Shown one piece after another: positions 46,096 to 55,312 of a DNA stretch of 62,129 nt. Position numbers and translations under genes: made by a program. Origin of the DNA: Deltaproteobacteria bacterium (GTDB taxonomy: Bacteria; Myxococcota_A; UBA9042); assembly GCA_016218865.1 (NCBI GenBank), contig JACRCU010000230.1:1-62129 (forward strand), in the 5' to 3' direction. The notes beneath the pieces were generated by a model, which saw nothing but the letters and a program-made list of their open reading frames with translations, did not search any database and was not told the DNA's origin. Every line of letters starts with the position of its first letter. Position 1 is the first letter of the stretch.

Positions 46096-47346
46096 CTAGA
46101 ATTGGATGATGAGCCCACCGGTGCCCGGAGCGTACTGGGGCGGAGACGGCTGCGGCGAGGGCGCCAGGGCATAGGCGGCAGCGGAGCCGCCGGCCACGGC
46201 AACCAGAATCGTCCAAAACCACCAGCGCTTGTAGATCGGCTTGGCCTGAACTTCGCCCGGCACGTTTGGGGCGACGATGGTGCGCGGCTTCAGCACCTCG
46301 TCGACCATCTTGTCGATCTGCTCGCGGGTCTCTTTGTCGCGGTTTTCCCACTTGATGTCGCGCGCCACCTGGTTGATGACCTGGCGGCTGTCCAGGTTGG
46401 CCAGAGCCATCTCGACGCGCATCTTCTCGCGGCTGCCGCTGGCGCGCAGGAGGAGCACGTACGGAGTGCCGGTCAGGCCGCCCACCGAGCTGAGCGAGTC
46501 CGGGCTGTTCTCGCCCGCCACCACCTTGACCAGGCCCTTGGCGACCGAGTCGAAGGCGACTGCGCGCTGCGCCGCTTCCAGGCGCTCGTCGACCACCTGG
46601 CCCGCCTTGTCGATGGTGACCTTGCGGGCCTTGCGCTTGAAGCCCTGCTTGCTGATCGCGATCAGCTGGTCGCCCTTGGTCGAGGTGGCAAACGTAGGCG
46701 TAAGGCCCATGTAGCGGCCGTTGACGTAGACGCGGGCGTTGGGCGGATCGGTGCGGATCTCGAAGTCGACCTCTTCGCGGCCCGAGATGTTCTTGCGCGC
46801 GGTGTCGAGCGCCGCCTGGGCCTTGGGCGAGTACTCCGACACGTCGAGCGGCGCCTTCTGGTCGGCCTGCACCGCCTTTTCGAAGTTCTTGGCCGCGCCC
46901 TTGGGGTCGCCCGCCAGGAACATCGCTGCGCCGAGCAGGGCCATGGTCTTGGGCAGCACGGTGGAGTCGCTGAGCACCGCGTAGGCAATCAGGTAGTTGC
47001 CTACGGCGTTGTCGAAGTCCTCGGCCGCGTCTTCGGCATTGCCCGCCTTCAGCTTGGTCAGGCCGCTTTTGACCAGTTGCTCGGCGGTCTTGGCGCTCGA
47101 GGTCTGGATTTCTTCGCCGCCCAGGTTGAGCGCGGCATCGAAGTCGGTGTAGCGAACCTGCTTGCTTTTCTTCAGGGCCCGCGCCGTGTCGAAGGCGATC
47201 TCGCGCGTCGCCGCCTCTTCGGGCGACAGGTCGATCAGCGACAACAACATGCTGTCGTCGGCCGCCGCCGGCCGCGCCACGGTGCCGCCGAGCAGCACGA
47301 GCAGCAGCCAAGCTGTGGCGCGAAACAGCACAGGAGTCCGGAGCAT
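46096..47346 (-). CDS. PEGA domain-containing secreted protein with C-terminal TM anchor
   Basis: ATG 47346 with a signal peptide. 'VDFEIRTDPPNARVYVNGRYMGLTPTF..GDQLIAISKQGFKRK' is the PEGA motif. A TPR-like N-terminal half and C-terminal 'WWFWTILVAVAGGSAAAYAL' are also present. Confidence 0.75.
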   Translation of the reverse strand: MLRTPVLFRATAWLLLVLLGGTVARPAAADDSMLLSLIDLSPEEAATREIAFDTARALKKSKQVRYTDFDAALNLGGEEIQTSSAKTAEQLVKSGLTKLKAGNAEDAAEDFDNAVGNYLIAYAVLSDSTVLPKTMALLGAAMFLAGDPKGAAKNFEKAVQADQKAPLDVSEYSPKAQAALDTARKNISGREEVDFEIRTDPPNARVYVNGRYMGLTPTFATSTKGDQLIAISKQGFKRKARKVTIDKAGQVVDERLEAAQRAVAFDSVAKGLVKVVAGENSPDSLSSVGGLTGTPYVLLLRASGSREKMRVEMALANLDSRQVINQVARDIKWENRDKETREQIDKMVDEVLKPRTIVAPNVPGEVQAKPIYKRWWFWTILVAVAGGSAAAYALAPSPQPSPPQYAPGTGGLIIQF

Positions 47347-47496
47347 GGGCGTCTTCCTCGCAGGTCCCCGCGGACGGGACCGCTGCATTGTGGGGCGAAG
47401 CGGCCCGATTGTCCAACCGACGGCGCCCAAGCCGCGTGCCGCGCCGCCCTCGCACCCTGGCCGGGGCCTGCGCGCGGGTCCGCTGGCGAGGCGCGG

Positions 47497-48681
47497 CTAC
47501 TTCCAGGGCGTGCCGGCGGTCCACAGGGTCGAGAAGAAGGCCTTGAGGTCGCTGACCGCCTGGTTGTTGCTGAAGCGGGCGCCGACCTCGTGGTACGAGA
47601 CGAAGCCGCCGTAGCCCCAGTTGTTGCTGCCCAGGATGACGGTGTTGTCGACGATCAGGAACTTGGCGTGCGTGACTTGGCTGGTACTGGCGACCTTGAC
47701 GTCGGCGCCCAGGCTTTTCAAGTAGTTGGCTGCGGCCTGGTTGATGCTTTCGCTGCCGTCGCCGGGCTCGTAGCTCATGTCCAGGACCACCTGCACCTTG
47801 ACGCCGCGCTTGACCGCCGCGCCGATCTTGCCCACGGTTTTCGTCACGGGCGAGCCGGTGTCGCTGGGATCGACGTTCATGCCGTAGGTGCAGAGCTGGA
47901 CCGTGCTGCCGGACTTGGCGCCGTCGAGCATCGTGCCGGCCAGGGCCGCATAGCCGCCGTCCGCGTACAGCGTGGCGACGGAGGTGCTGCCCGAGGGCAT
48001 GCTGACGTTCAAGTTCGGGGTCTTCCACAGCTTGTCGAGCCAGGTGTGCAGCTGGCCGGTCAAACCGGCGTCGCGGACCAGGATGTTGGTCTCGTTGTTC
48101 TTCTCGATCGAGGTGCTGGACCAGTTGGTCGAGCCGATCACGAAACCCTGCTCGCTGGCGACGATTTTGGCGTGGGTGCGGACCTTGTTGCTGTCCATCA
48201 TCACGTTCACACCGGCCGCCTTCAGGTTCGCCATGGTGGTCTGGTTGTAGCTGACTTCTTGATCCAGCAGCACTTTGACGTCGACGCCGCGGTTCTTGGC
48301 CGCGATCAGGGCCTGGGTCAGGTTTTCGGGCGCGTAGCCCATGCCGGTCTCGAACTGGACGATGCGCAGCTTCTTCTGGGCGGTCTGAATGACCTCGTTG
48401 GCGCGGCTGAAGTACTTCTTGTTGGTGACGAGCTCGATGGCCGGGCCCTGCGAAAGGGTGCTGGCTGGGGGCTGGCCTTGGGTGTCGGCGCCCGGCCCCG
48501 GTCCGCTGTCGCCGCCACTGCCGTCGGCGCTGGCGATGCCGCCCGAGGTGTTGCCGGTTGGCGCCGGACAGCCCGGAAGCAGACCAAGCAAGAGCGCGAC
48601 GAGCAACGCAAACCGCGGCCAGCTGGGGTGGCGCGGGGCTGGGTTGGGCTGGTGGGGAAAGTCGAGGGGAGCGCGGTCCAT
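47497..48681 (-). CDS. Phospholipase D-family lipoprotein with two HKD-type motifs
   Basis: Lipobox 'LLGLLPGC'. The motifs are 'THAKIVASEQGFVIGSTNW' (Asp replaced by Glu) and 'THAKFLIVDNTVILGSNNW'. Confidence 0.85.
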   Translation of the reverse strand: MDRAPLDFPHQPNPAPRHPSWPRFALLVALLLGLLPGCPAPTGNTSGGIASADGSGGDSGPGPGADTQGQPPASTLSQGPAIELVTNKKYFSRANEVIQTAQKKLRIVQFETGMGYAPENLTQALIAAKNRGVDVKVLLDQEVSYNQTTMANLKAAGVNVMMDSNKVRTHAKIVASEQGFVIGSTNWSSTSIEKNNETNILVRDAGLTGQLHTWLDKLWKTPNLNVSMPSGSTSVATLYADGGYAALAGTMLDGAKSGSTVQLCTYGMNVDPSDTGSPVTKTVGKIGAAVKRGVKVQVVLDMSYEPGDGSESINQAAANYLKSLGADVKVASTSQVTHAKFLIVDNTVILGSNNWGYGGFVSYHEVGARFSNNQAVSDLKAFFSTLWTAGTPWK

Positions 48682-48742
48682 GCTCCGCAGCTTGCCTGAC
48701 GCGGCCGCCCGGGCGCAAGGGGGCGCGGGCGCAGTGGCGCGA

Positions 48743-49150
48743 TCAGGTGGTCGGGAGCTTGTCCTTGCGGAAGCGCTTGGCCAGCGCCTCCAGCCTGTCG
48801 AGCAACTCCTCGATCAGGAAGGGCTTGTCCAGGTGATCGTCGGCGCCGTACAGCGGGGCGGTCATCTCGTTGAGGTTCGGGCCGATGGCCGTGAGCATCA
48901 GGATGCCGACGTCGTCGAAGTCGCGGCGCGAGCGGAGGGTTTTGCAGACCTCCCAGCCGTTCATCTGCGGCATCATCACGTCCAGCACCACCAGGTCGGG
49001 CTTGTGGCCCAGGGCCGAGCGGAGGGCTTCTTCGCCGTCGTAGGTGAGGGCAATGCGGTAGCCCGCCGACGTGAGTGTCTTGCGCAGAAGACCTGCGATT
49101 TCAAGGTCGTCTTCGGCCACCAACACGTGGATGCCATTGTCTTTGGGCAT
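48743..49150 (-). CDS. Single-domain CheY-like response regulator
   Basis: ATG 49150 inside ORF 48743..49267. 'HVLVAEDD', 'DLVVLDVMMPQMNG', 'MLTA' and 'DHLDKPF' are the receiver-domain residues. There is no output domain. Confidence 0.9.
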   Translation of the reverse strand: MPKDNGIHVLVAEDDLEIAGLLRKTLTSAGYRIALTYDGEEALRSALGHKPDLVVLDVMMPQMNGWEVCKTLRSRRDFDDVGILMLTAIGPNLNEMTAPLYGADDHLDKPFLIEELLDRLEALAKRFRKDKLPTT

Positions 49151-49270
49151 GTCGCAACGCTCGCAAGCGCCCGCAAGGGGGCGCACGGTTCGGGTTCGTG
49201 GGGTGGCGCCAGGGCCGGCCCGCTGCGGCGAGTCTGCAACAATCGCCTGCGGAATTGAAGCGGGCAAGTG

Positions 49271-49440
49271 GCGGGACGTGGGCGGCCGCCTTCGACGGGT
49301 GCCGGTCCGCGCACGCGCCCATTCCGTCCGGTTCGGATCGAGAACGCCGGCGACTCTCTGGGCCCGAACCGCCCCCCGTGATTCTCGCCAGTTGCCAATC
49401 GGGTCCGGAATGCCGTTCCCGCGCGAATCCGGTGGGGTGC
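49271..49440 (-). promoter_or_regulatory. Candidate structured 5' leader / cis-regulatory RNA, copy 2
   Basis: This is the minus-strand homolog of 37081-37235 and has the same order of conserved blocks. It lies between the FHA-TPR gene stop (49562) and the response-regulator start (49150). Confidence 0.35.
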
Positions 49441-49561
49441 AGGCTCGGGTGCTGGCTCGGCTGGGTGCACAGCGGCTGCGTCCGCGCGGGGGTGCGCGGC
49501 GGCCTGCGCTGCCGGTGGGGTGGTGCAGGGACGCTGGGCCCGCGGTGACCGGTTGAGGGCG

Positions 49562-51610
49562 CTATTCTTCGCCGCGGCCGGCGGCCGAAGCCTTCTTCAG
49601 GATCTCTTTGGCCTTGAGCGCCAGCGGATCCGAGCCGAGGATCTTGTCGGCGCGGGCCGCGAGCTCCTTGGCCTTGGCCGACTGACCGGCCGCGAGCGCC
49701 TGCTCGGCCTGCTGCAGCAGGTTCTTGCCGTCGGCCTTGCAGCCGTCGATGACGGCCTTGGCGTCGGGGTGGCTGCCGGTCGCCGAGTAGTCGTTGGCGA
49801 CCTCGGCGTTTTCCACGGCCTCGCCGCAGTTGCCGGCCGCTCGCGCCGCCTTGGCCGCCGCCACATAGGCTTTGATGACCTGGTCCGTCAGGAACGCCTT
49901 GTGGTGGCCGTCGACTTCGCTGTCGGCTTCGCGGGCGTCCTTCCACGCGGCGCCAGCGGCCTTGCCCGCGGCACTCTGCGCCTTGTTCCACGCCGCCTCG
50001 ACGCGCTTGATGCCGGCGACGTAGGCCGCCGCCTTCTTCTTCTCGTCCTTGCTGTAGGGACCGCTGGCGATGGCTTCGAAGGTCTGGATGGCAGCCGACC
50101 ATTGCCGCGCCCCATAGGCTGCAAGTCCGCCCGCGAAATCGGCTTTCTTGCCGGGAGCGGCCGCGACCGCGGCTTCGGCGGGCTTGACGTCGCCCGGCTT
50201 GCCTTCCGCGGGCTTGACCGCGGCGGCCGGGGCGCCGGCGTCGGCGCTGGCTCCGGCGTCGGGACCTGCGACCGGCGGTGGGGCAGCGCCAGCGAGTTGG
50301 CCCTGCAGCATCTTGGCGTCGCCGTTGTCCGGCTCGACCTCCAGGATCACCTTGATGGCGGCGTCGGCCTTGGCGTTGTCGCCGGCAGCGAGCGCCTTCT
50401 TGGCCTCGTCCAGCTTGGCCGTCACCAGCGCTTTCTTGACGTCGATGACCATCTGGTCGGCCTCGGCGCGGAAGACCGACTCCTTGCCGATGTCTTCCGA
50501 GGTGAGCTTGGCGAGCGCCTCTTCGTTGTTGCCGGCTTCCATCGCCTCTTTGCCCTCTTGCAGGGCCTTTTGCGCGGTGGCCTCTTGGCTGGCTTGGCGC
50601 TTGAGGGGCGCGATCTCGGGAGCCGTCTTGTCCAGCTCCTGGGCCTTCTTCAAGGTCGCCACCGCCGCGGTGAACTCCTTGTCGGCAATCTGCTTCTTGG
50701 CCTTGTCGATGAGCGCGCCCACGTCGCCGTCGGCCTCGCCCTCGGCGCCCGCGGCAGGCTTATCGCTGGACTTCTTGCCCATGACGAGCCACGCGGTCAC
50801 GCCGCCGCCGATCAGCAAGAGGACCAGCACGGCTGCGATGGCGATGATCTTGCCGGGACCGCCGCCGCCACTCTGCGGCTTGGCGGCCGCACGCGGCTCT
50901 GCGACTTGGCGCATCGGCCGATCGTCGTCGCGCCCGGCCGAGCGACCGCTGTCTTTGCGCTTGCCCACGCCGTCGATCTGGTACTCGAGCACGGACATGC
51001 CGATTTCGATCTGGTCGCCGGGTTCCAAGATCTGGCGGGCGCGTTTGTCGCCGTTGACCTTGGTGCCGTTGGGGCCGCCCAGGTCCTCCAAGACGACCTG
51101 GTCGCCGCTTCTGCGCAGTTGGAAGTGCTTGCGCGACACGGCGGGGTCGGCGAGGACGATCTGACAGTCCAAGCCGCGGCCGACCAGCGAGTCGCCCTCG
51201 CCGATGTGGTGGACCTTGCCGCGGTCCGGGCCCGACACCACCTTGAGGTCCAGGGCGCGCCCCATCGGCTGGGGTGCGCGGCTGGACGGCGCCGGCAGAT
51301 CGTCGGGCATCGCGTCGAGCATGCGGGTCGCGGCTTCTTCTTCGTCGTCGCCGTGGCCCATGGCAGGGGGCGGCGGCGGCGCGGGGCGAGCCATCGGGCG
51401 CGGCGCCGGGCGGGCCGCAGCACGGGGCGCCGGCGCCGGACTGCGCACGAATTCGGTGGGCGGCGGATCCACGTCCTCGATGGACATGGCGCGCGTCGAC
51501 TCGCCGTTGTCGTCGTCGTAGTCGGCTCCGCCGGAGCGCGCACCCGAGTCAACCCTGCGCTGATTGCCAAAGCCAATGCCGCCGCGGCGGTCGGCGTTGC
51601 CAATCTTCAA
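49562..51610 (-). CDS. FHA domain protein with TM segment and TPR-like helical-repeat region
   Basis: FHA '..LKVVSGPDRGKVHHIGEGDSLVGRGLDCQIVLADPAVSRKHFQL..LEDLGGPNGTKVNG'. TM 'IIAIAAVLVLLLIGGGVTAWLVM'. Ala/Lys/Glu-rich helical repeats follow. The ORF-track start at 51610 is TTG; ATG 51487 is an alternative. Confidence 0.8.
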   Translation of the reverse strand: MKIGNADRRGGIGFGNQRRVDSGARSGGADYDDDNGESTRAMSIEDVDPPPTEFVRSPAPAPRAAARPAPRPMARPAPPPPPAMGHGDDEEEAATRMLDAMPDDLPAPSSRAPQPMGRALDLKVVSGPDRGKVHHIGEGDSLVGRGLDCQIVLADPAVSRKHFQLRRSGDQVVLEDLGGPNGTKVNGDKRARQILEPGDQIEIGMSVLEYQIDGVGKRKDSGRSAGRDDDRPMRQVAEPRAAAKPQSGGGGPGKIIAIAAVLVLLLIGGGVTAWLVMGKKSSDKPAAGAEGEADGDVGALIDKAKKQIADKEFTAAVATLKKAQELDKTAPEIAPLKRQASQEATAQKALQEGKEAMEAGNNEEALAKLTSEDIGKESVFRAEADQMVIDVKKALVTAKLDEAKKALAAGDNAKADAAIKVILEVEPDNGDAKMLQGQLAGAAPPPVAGPDAGASADAGAPAAAVKPAEGKPGDVKPAEAAVAAAPGKKADFAGGLAAYGARQWSAAIQTFEAIASGPYSKDEKKKAAAYVAGIKRVEAAWNKAQSAAGKAAGAAWKDAREADSEVDGHHKAFLTDQVIKAYVAAAKAARAAGNCGEAVENAEVANDYSATGSHPDAKAVIDGCKADGKNLLQQAEQALAAGQSAKAKELAARADKILGSDPLALKAKEILKKASAAGRGEE

Positions 51611-52224
51611 GCTCCTCGCGGCGCGCCGGTGGTGGCCGCTGCAGCGCAGTCGCGACCGCGGCGATCAGTACCACACCTGCATCGGACCGGCAATTTCTCG
51701 GCCAAATTCTGGACCGAGTGTGCTGTAGCTGCGGCAAGTTCGCCAAGCGCCCCGCGGTGACCGGCTTTGGCAATGCCAGGGCCAGGTTGGGCACGCCAAG
51801 GGCGGTACACCAAGTCCGAAGTTCCTTCGGCGTTGCACGACGTTGATTCGGTGTGCCAGGCGCCAGCTGCGCGCGGGGGGCGCAGGGGGCGGCGCGCCCC
51901 ATTGCCTGGCGAAAAGGCTAGCACCCCAAACCCGAAAACGCATGAGCCCATCCCTGATCGGGTGCGAGGTTTGGGGTACGGGTCGCGGACCGTCGGCAGG
52001 TTGCGTGCCGCCGAGGAGCAGCAGGACCCGGCGCGGGGGAGCGGGTACCGGGTGGCTGCTCGCGGGGAGCGGTGCAGGCGCATTGGGGAGCGACACAATC
52101 CGCACCAACGGGGACACGTTGCGGCGGCTTGCGCTGGCGGCCGGGTGCCGCCCCCTCAGCGGCAATGGGTTTCCCCAGCGAATCGCCTGGTTGCGCGGAA
52201 CGGTCGCGATCGATGATCGGTGCT

Positions 52225-52479
52225 CTAGGCCTGGGGGACGACGTGCACGGTCTTGCGGCCGTGGTACGTGCCGTATTCGACCACGCCGGGGGCGGTGGCG
52301 AACAGGGTGAAGTCCTTGCCAGTCATCACGTTCTTGCCGGCGTGCCACACCGAGCCGACCTGGCGGACGATGATCGCGCCCGAGCCGACGGTCTGGCTGC
52401 CGTAGACCTTGATGCCGCGGAACTGCGGGTTGGAATCGCGGCCGTTGCGCGACGAACCTTGACCTTTTTTGTGAGCCAT
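52225..52479 (-). CDS. rpmA: 50S ribosomal protein L27
   Basis: '[46 protein letters not shown]'. Confidence 0.97.
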   Translation of the reverse strand: MAHKKGQGSSRNGRDSNPQFRGIKVYGSQTVGSGAIIVRQVGSVWHAGKNVMTGKDFTLFATAPGVVEYGTYHGRKTVHVVPQA

Positions 52480-52611
52480 CTGTGACTCCAGGGCGACCAG
52501 CCGCAGGCGCGGCAGCCCGATGAGGGTAGAACCAGCCGATGTTCAACCGGGGGCTCCGACAGGAACCCGCGGCGCGAATCCAGCAGCAAGCGGCCGTGTG
52601 GCCGCCGCGGC

Positions 52612-52944
52612 CTAGGCTTCGATGGTCTGGATGCGCACGCGGGTGATCCACTGGCGGTGGCCAATGGTCTTGCGGCTGTTCTTGCGGTGACGGTACTTGT
52701 GCACCAGGATCTTGTTGTCGCGGGTCTGCTCGACCACGGTGCCGACAACGCGGGCACCGACGAGCGCCGGCTGACCCAGGCGGACGGTGGTGCCATCGCT
52801 GACCATCAGCACTTCGTCGAACACGACGTTTTCGCCGGTGTTGACCGGAAGTTTCTCGACGGTGACCTGCTGACCGGCGCTGACGCGGTACTGCTTGCCG
52901 CCCGTCTTGATGATGGCGTAGGGGTTCGAAAGGCTGCTGGACAT
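52612..52944 (-). CDS. rplU: 50S ribosomal protein L21
   Basis: '..YAIIKTGGKQYRVSAGQQVTVEKL..VVEQTRDNKILVHKYRHRKNSRKTIGHRQWITRVRI'. ATG 52944 inside ORF 52612..53085. Confidence 0.97.
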   Translation of the reverse strand: MSSSLSNPYAIIKTGGKQYRVSAGQQVTVEKLPVNTGENVVFDEVLMVSDGTTVRLGQPALVGARVVGTVVEQTRDNKILVHKYRHRKNSRKTIGHRQWITRVRIQTIEA

Positions 52945-53071
52945 GGGACTCTCCGGACGCATGGGCGGGTACGGCGCACCCGCTTCGGGCCGCGCAGTGT
53001 GCCTCGTCGGCCGCTCCAGGTCAAGTGGAAAACCGATCTGGGTGCGCGGGCTTGCGCTGCGCCGCGCCCTT

Positions 53072-53125
53072 CCGACACGAAGCACCCTTGTGTCAGATCA
53101 TTGTATTTGTTAGATATTTGCACCC
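53072..53125 (-). repeat. REP-like hairpin repeat, copy A
   Basis: The minus strand reads gatctgacacaagggtgcttcgtgtcgg (core, 53099-53072), preceded by the A/T-rich flank 53100-53125. It lies between the Rrf2 stop (53110) and the rplU promoter region. Confidence 0.8.
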
Positions 53126-53580
53126 ATGAACGCCTCGAAGGCGGCCATGGTGATACTGGGATCGCGGACCTTCTCGACCAGATCGGCCAGGGTGGTGTGA
53201 TCGAGAATCTGCAGGGTGGCGTTGTGCACGTCGGCGAGGAGCACCCGGACTGCGCAGCGCTCTTCGTCCTTGCAGTCGCCGCAGCGCTGGTAGGCGGTCT
53301 TGGACAGGCACGGCAGGGGCGCGAGCGGGCCGGTGAGGGTCCGGATCACTTCGCCGAGCAGGACGTCCTCGGGCTTGGCGAGGAGCTGGTAGCCGCCGTT
53401 CTTGCCGCGCCGGCTCGACAGGATGCCGGTGTTGCGGAGTTCGAGGAGGATGGCCTCCAGAAACTTGCGCGGGATGCCCTCGGCGTCGGCCACCGTAGAG
53501 ATGAGCACGGGCCCGTCGCCCTGGTGCTGGGCGAGGTAGACCAGGGCTTTCAGCGCGTAGCGCGACTTCATCGGCAGCAT
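53110..53580 (-). CDS. Rrf2-family transcriptional regulator with three-Cys cluster
   Basis: 'MKSRYALKALVYLA..GPVLISTVADAEGIPRKFLEAILLELRNTGILSSRRGKNGGYQLA' is the wHTH. 'CLSKTAYQRCGDCKDEERC' provides possible Fe-S ligands. ATG 53580 inside ORF 53110..53778. Confidence 0.9.
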   Translation of the reverse strand: MLPMKSRYALKALVYLAQHQGDGPVLISTVADAEGIPRKFLEAILLELRNTGILSSRRGKNGGYQLLAKPEDVLLGEVIRTLTGPLAPLPCLSKTAYQRCGDCKDEERCAVRVLLADVHNATLQILDHTTLADLVEKVRDPSITMAAFEAFMGANI

Positions 53581-53642
53581 GGGGATCCTTTGGTCGGGCG
53601 GGCGGTGCGGCGTCGGCCGCTTGGCGATTGTGCGGAAAAACG

Positions 53643-53669
53643 CCGTGTACGCAAGCTTGCCGCGCACGG
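53643..53669. promoter_or_regulatory. Imperfect 27-bp palindrome in the divergent Rrf2 / DUF2505-like promoter region (candidate operator)
   Basis: ccgtgtacgcaagcttgccgcgcacgg has outer arms CCGTG/CACGG and a perfect 10-bp centre GCAAGCTTGC. It lies 63-89 nt upstream of the Rrf2 ATG. Confidence 0.3.
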
Positions 53670-53767
53670 TTGGAACAGGGGGCCGTGTCATGTAGCATCG
53701 GCGGCGCGACGGCCGCAAGGCGAACACCGGGCAGGGCGACGCGGAGCGAATCCGCGCGGGAGTGAAT

Positions 53768-54259
53768 ATGAAATTCAAGTGCGACCACCGCTTTGGGCCG
53801 ATCAGCCTGGCGGACTACGAGAATCTGTACTTCGACGAGGACTTCAACATCGCCCTGTGCAAGACCGTGGGCCTGCACCGCGAGCTGGTGTCGCGCGAGG
53901 TCAAGGACGGCCGCCTGCGCCGCGTCGTGAAGGTGGCGCCCGACCGCGAGGTGCCGGGCCCGGTGGCGAAGGTGATCGGCTCGAACCGCCTGGAGTACAC
54001 CGAGACGGTGGACTACGTGCTGGGCAGCGGCCGCGGCACCTGGAGCACGCTGTCGTCGGTGATGACGGACAAGGTCGACTCGCGCGGCAGCTTCGCGTTT
54101 GCCGCCTCCGGCGACGGCGTGGTGCGGACCATCGAGGGCGACATCAACGTCAAGATCACCTTCATCGGCGGCGTGGTCGAGAAGTTCATCGTCGACGACG
54201 TGGTCAAGAGCTACGAGCGGGCCGCGGAGTTCACCCGCAACTGGCTCGCCAAGAAGTAG
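53768..54259 (+). CDS. SRPBCC-fold / DUF2505-like protein
   Basis: 163 aa from ATG 53768 (GTG 53762 is also possible). The mixed alpha/beta pattern '..PVAKVIGSNRLEYTETVDY..FIGGVVEKFIVDDVVKSYERAAEFTRNW' resembles lipid-binding START-like folds. The assignment is tentative. Confidence 0.55.
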   Translation: MKFKCDHRFGPISLADYENLYFDEDFNIALCKTVGLHRELVSREVKDGRLRRVVKVAPDREVPGPVAKVIGSNRLEYTETVDYVLGSGRGTWSTLSSVMTDKVDSRGSFAFAASGDGVVRTIEGDINVKITFIGGVVEKFIVDDVVKSYERAAEFTRNWLAKK

Positions 54260-54262
54260 GCG

Positions 54263-55312
54263 TTGAGCACAGCGGCGAGCTTGGGGACGGGCCGGAGCAC
54301 CCTGGTCGACGGGCTGCGCGGGCTCGCGATGCTCGGCGTGGTCGCGATCCACCTGGCGGCGCGGGTGCCGGCGGACAGCCCTTGGCAGGGGGCGTCGCAG
54401 GTCGTCGACCATCTCGGCCGGTTCGGCGTGCCGCTGTTCCTGGCGGTGCTGGGCTGGGGCGCGGCGCAGCCGGACCACCGGCGCCCCGTAGCCTCGCTGG
54501 GCTGGCTGGGTGCGCGCCTGTGGGCGGTGCTGCCGGCCTACCTGGTGTGGGCGCTGCTGTACGCGGTGCTCGCCCCGTGGGACGGCGACGCGCTGCCCGG
54601 CTCCTGGCAGCCCGGCGCAGGTCTGGGCGAGCGGTTGTGGCGGACCGCGGCGGGCTACAGCGCCGAACAGCTTTGGTACATGCCGGCTTACCTGACCCTG
54701 CTGCCGCTGGTAGCGGCGGTGGCGGCGCTGCCGCGGCGGGTGGCGGCCGGCGTGGCCGGGGCGGCGGTGCTGGGAATGCTGGTGCTGGTGGGGCAGGTGG
54801 AGGCGGTGGTGGCCGCGGACACGACTCCGCCGCCGCTGGCGGGCTGGATCCTGCGGAGCGAAGGGCGCTTGCCGCTGCCGTGGCTGGGTTTCGTCGCTGC
54901 GGGGGCGCTGCTGGCACGGGTGCCGCTGGCGGCGGGGCCGCGGTGGCTGCAGGGGCTGCGGCTGGCGGTCGGGATGGCGGGCCACGCGCTGATCGCCCAG
55001 CGGGCGCCCAGTTCGCCGCGCTTCGACGACTTCTGGTGCTCGCTGGCGATGCCAGGGTCGCTGCTGGCATTTCTGCTGTGGGCGCCGGTGCTGCTGGCGT
55101 GGCTGGCCGAGCGGCGGCCCGGCGCGTGGCTGACGACGGTCGGGCGCAATTCCCTAGCGATGTACCTGAGTCACGTGCTGTTCCTGCGGCTGGGCTGGGC
55201 GATCGGCGCGCCGCTGGGCCTGGGCCCGGGTCTGGCGATCGCAGCGCTGGCGACGGCGGCGGGCTGTGCGGTGTATCTGCCGGTCCACAGGCGGCTTTTC
55301 CCTCAGGCGTGA
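54263..55312 (+). CDS. Acyltransferase family 3 (OafA/YrhL-like) membrane protein
   Basis: '..LVDGLRGLAMLGVVAIHLA', about 10 TM helices, Trp/Leu/Ala-rich. TTG start at 54263. Confidence 0.8.
   Translation: MSTAASLGTGRSTLVDGLRGLAMLGVVAIHLAARVPADSPWQGASQVVDHLGRFGVPLFLAVLGWGAAQPDHRRPVASLGWLGARLWAVLPAYLVWALLYAVLAPWDGDALPGSWQPGAGLGERLWRTAAGYSAEQLWYMPAYLTLLPLVAAVAALPRRVAAGVAGAAVLGMLVLVGQVEAVVAADTTPPPLAGWILRSEGRLPLPWLGFVAAGALLARVPLAAGPRWLQGLRLAVGMAGHALIAQRAPSSPRFDDFWCSLAMPGSLLAFLLWAPVLLAWLAERRPGAWLTTVGRNSLAMYLSHVLFLRLGWAIGAPLGLGPGLAIAALATAAGCAVYLPVHRRLFPQA

Noticed and set aside
51611-52224. Large spacer as RNase P RNA, tmRNA, 6S or SRP RNA
   Set aside because: Hallmark strings are not present on either strand. 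These are GGAAAGUCCGG and ACAGAACCCGGCUUA for RNase P, the tag-ORF and TPsiC-like end for tmRNA, and AGGUCCGGAAGGAAGCAGCC for SRP.
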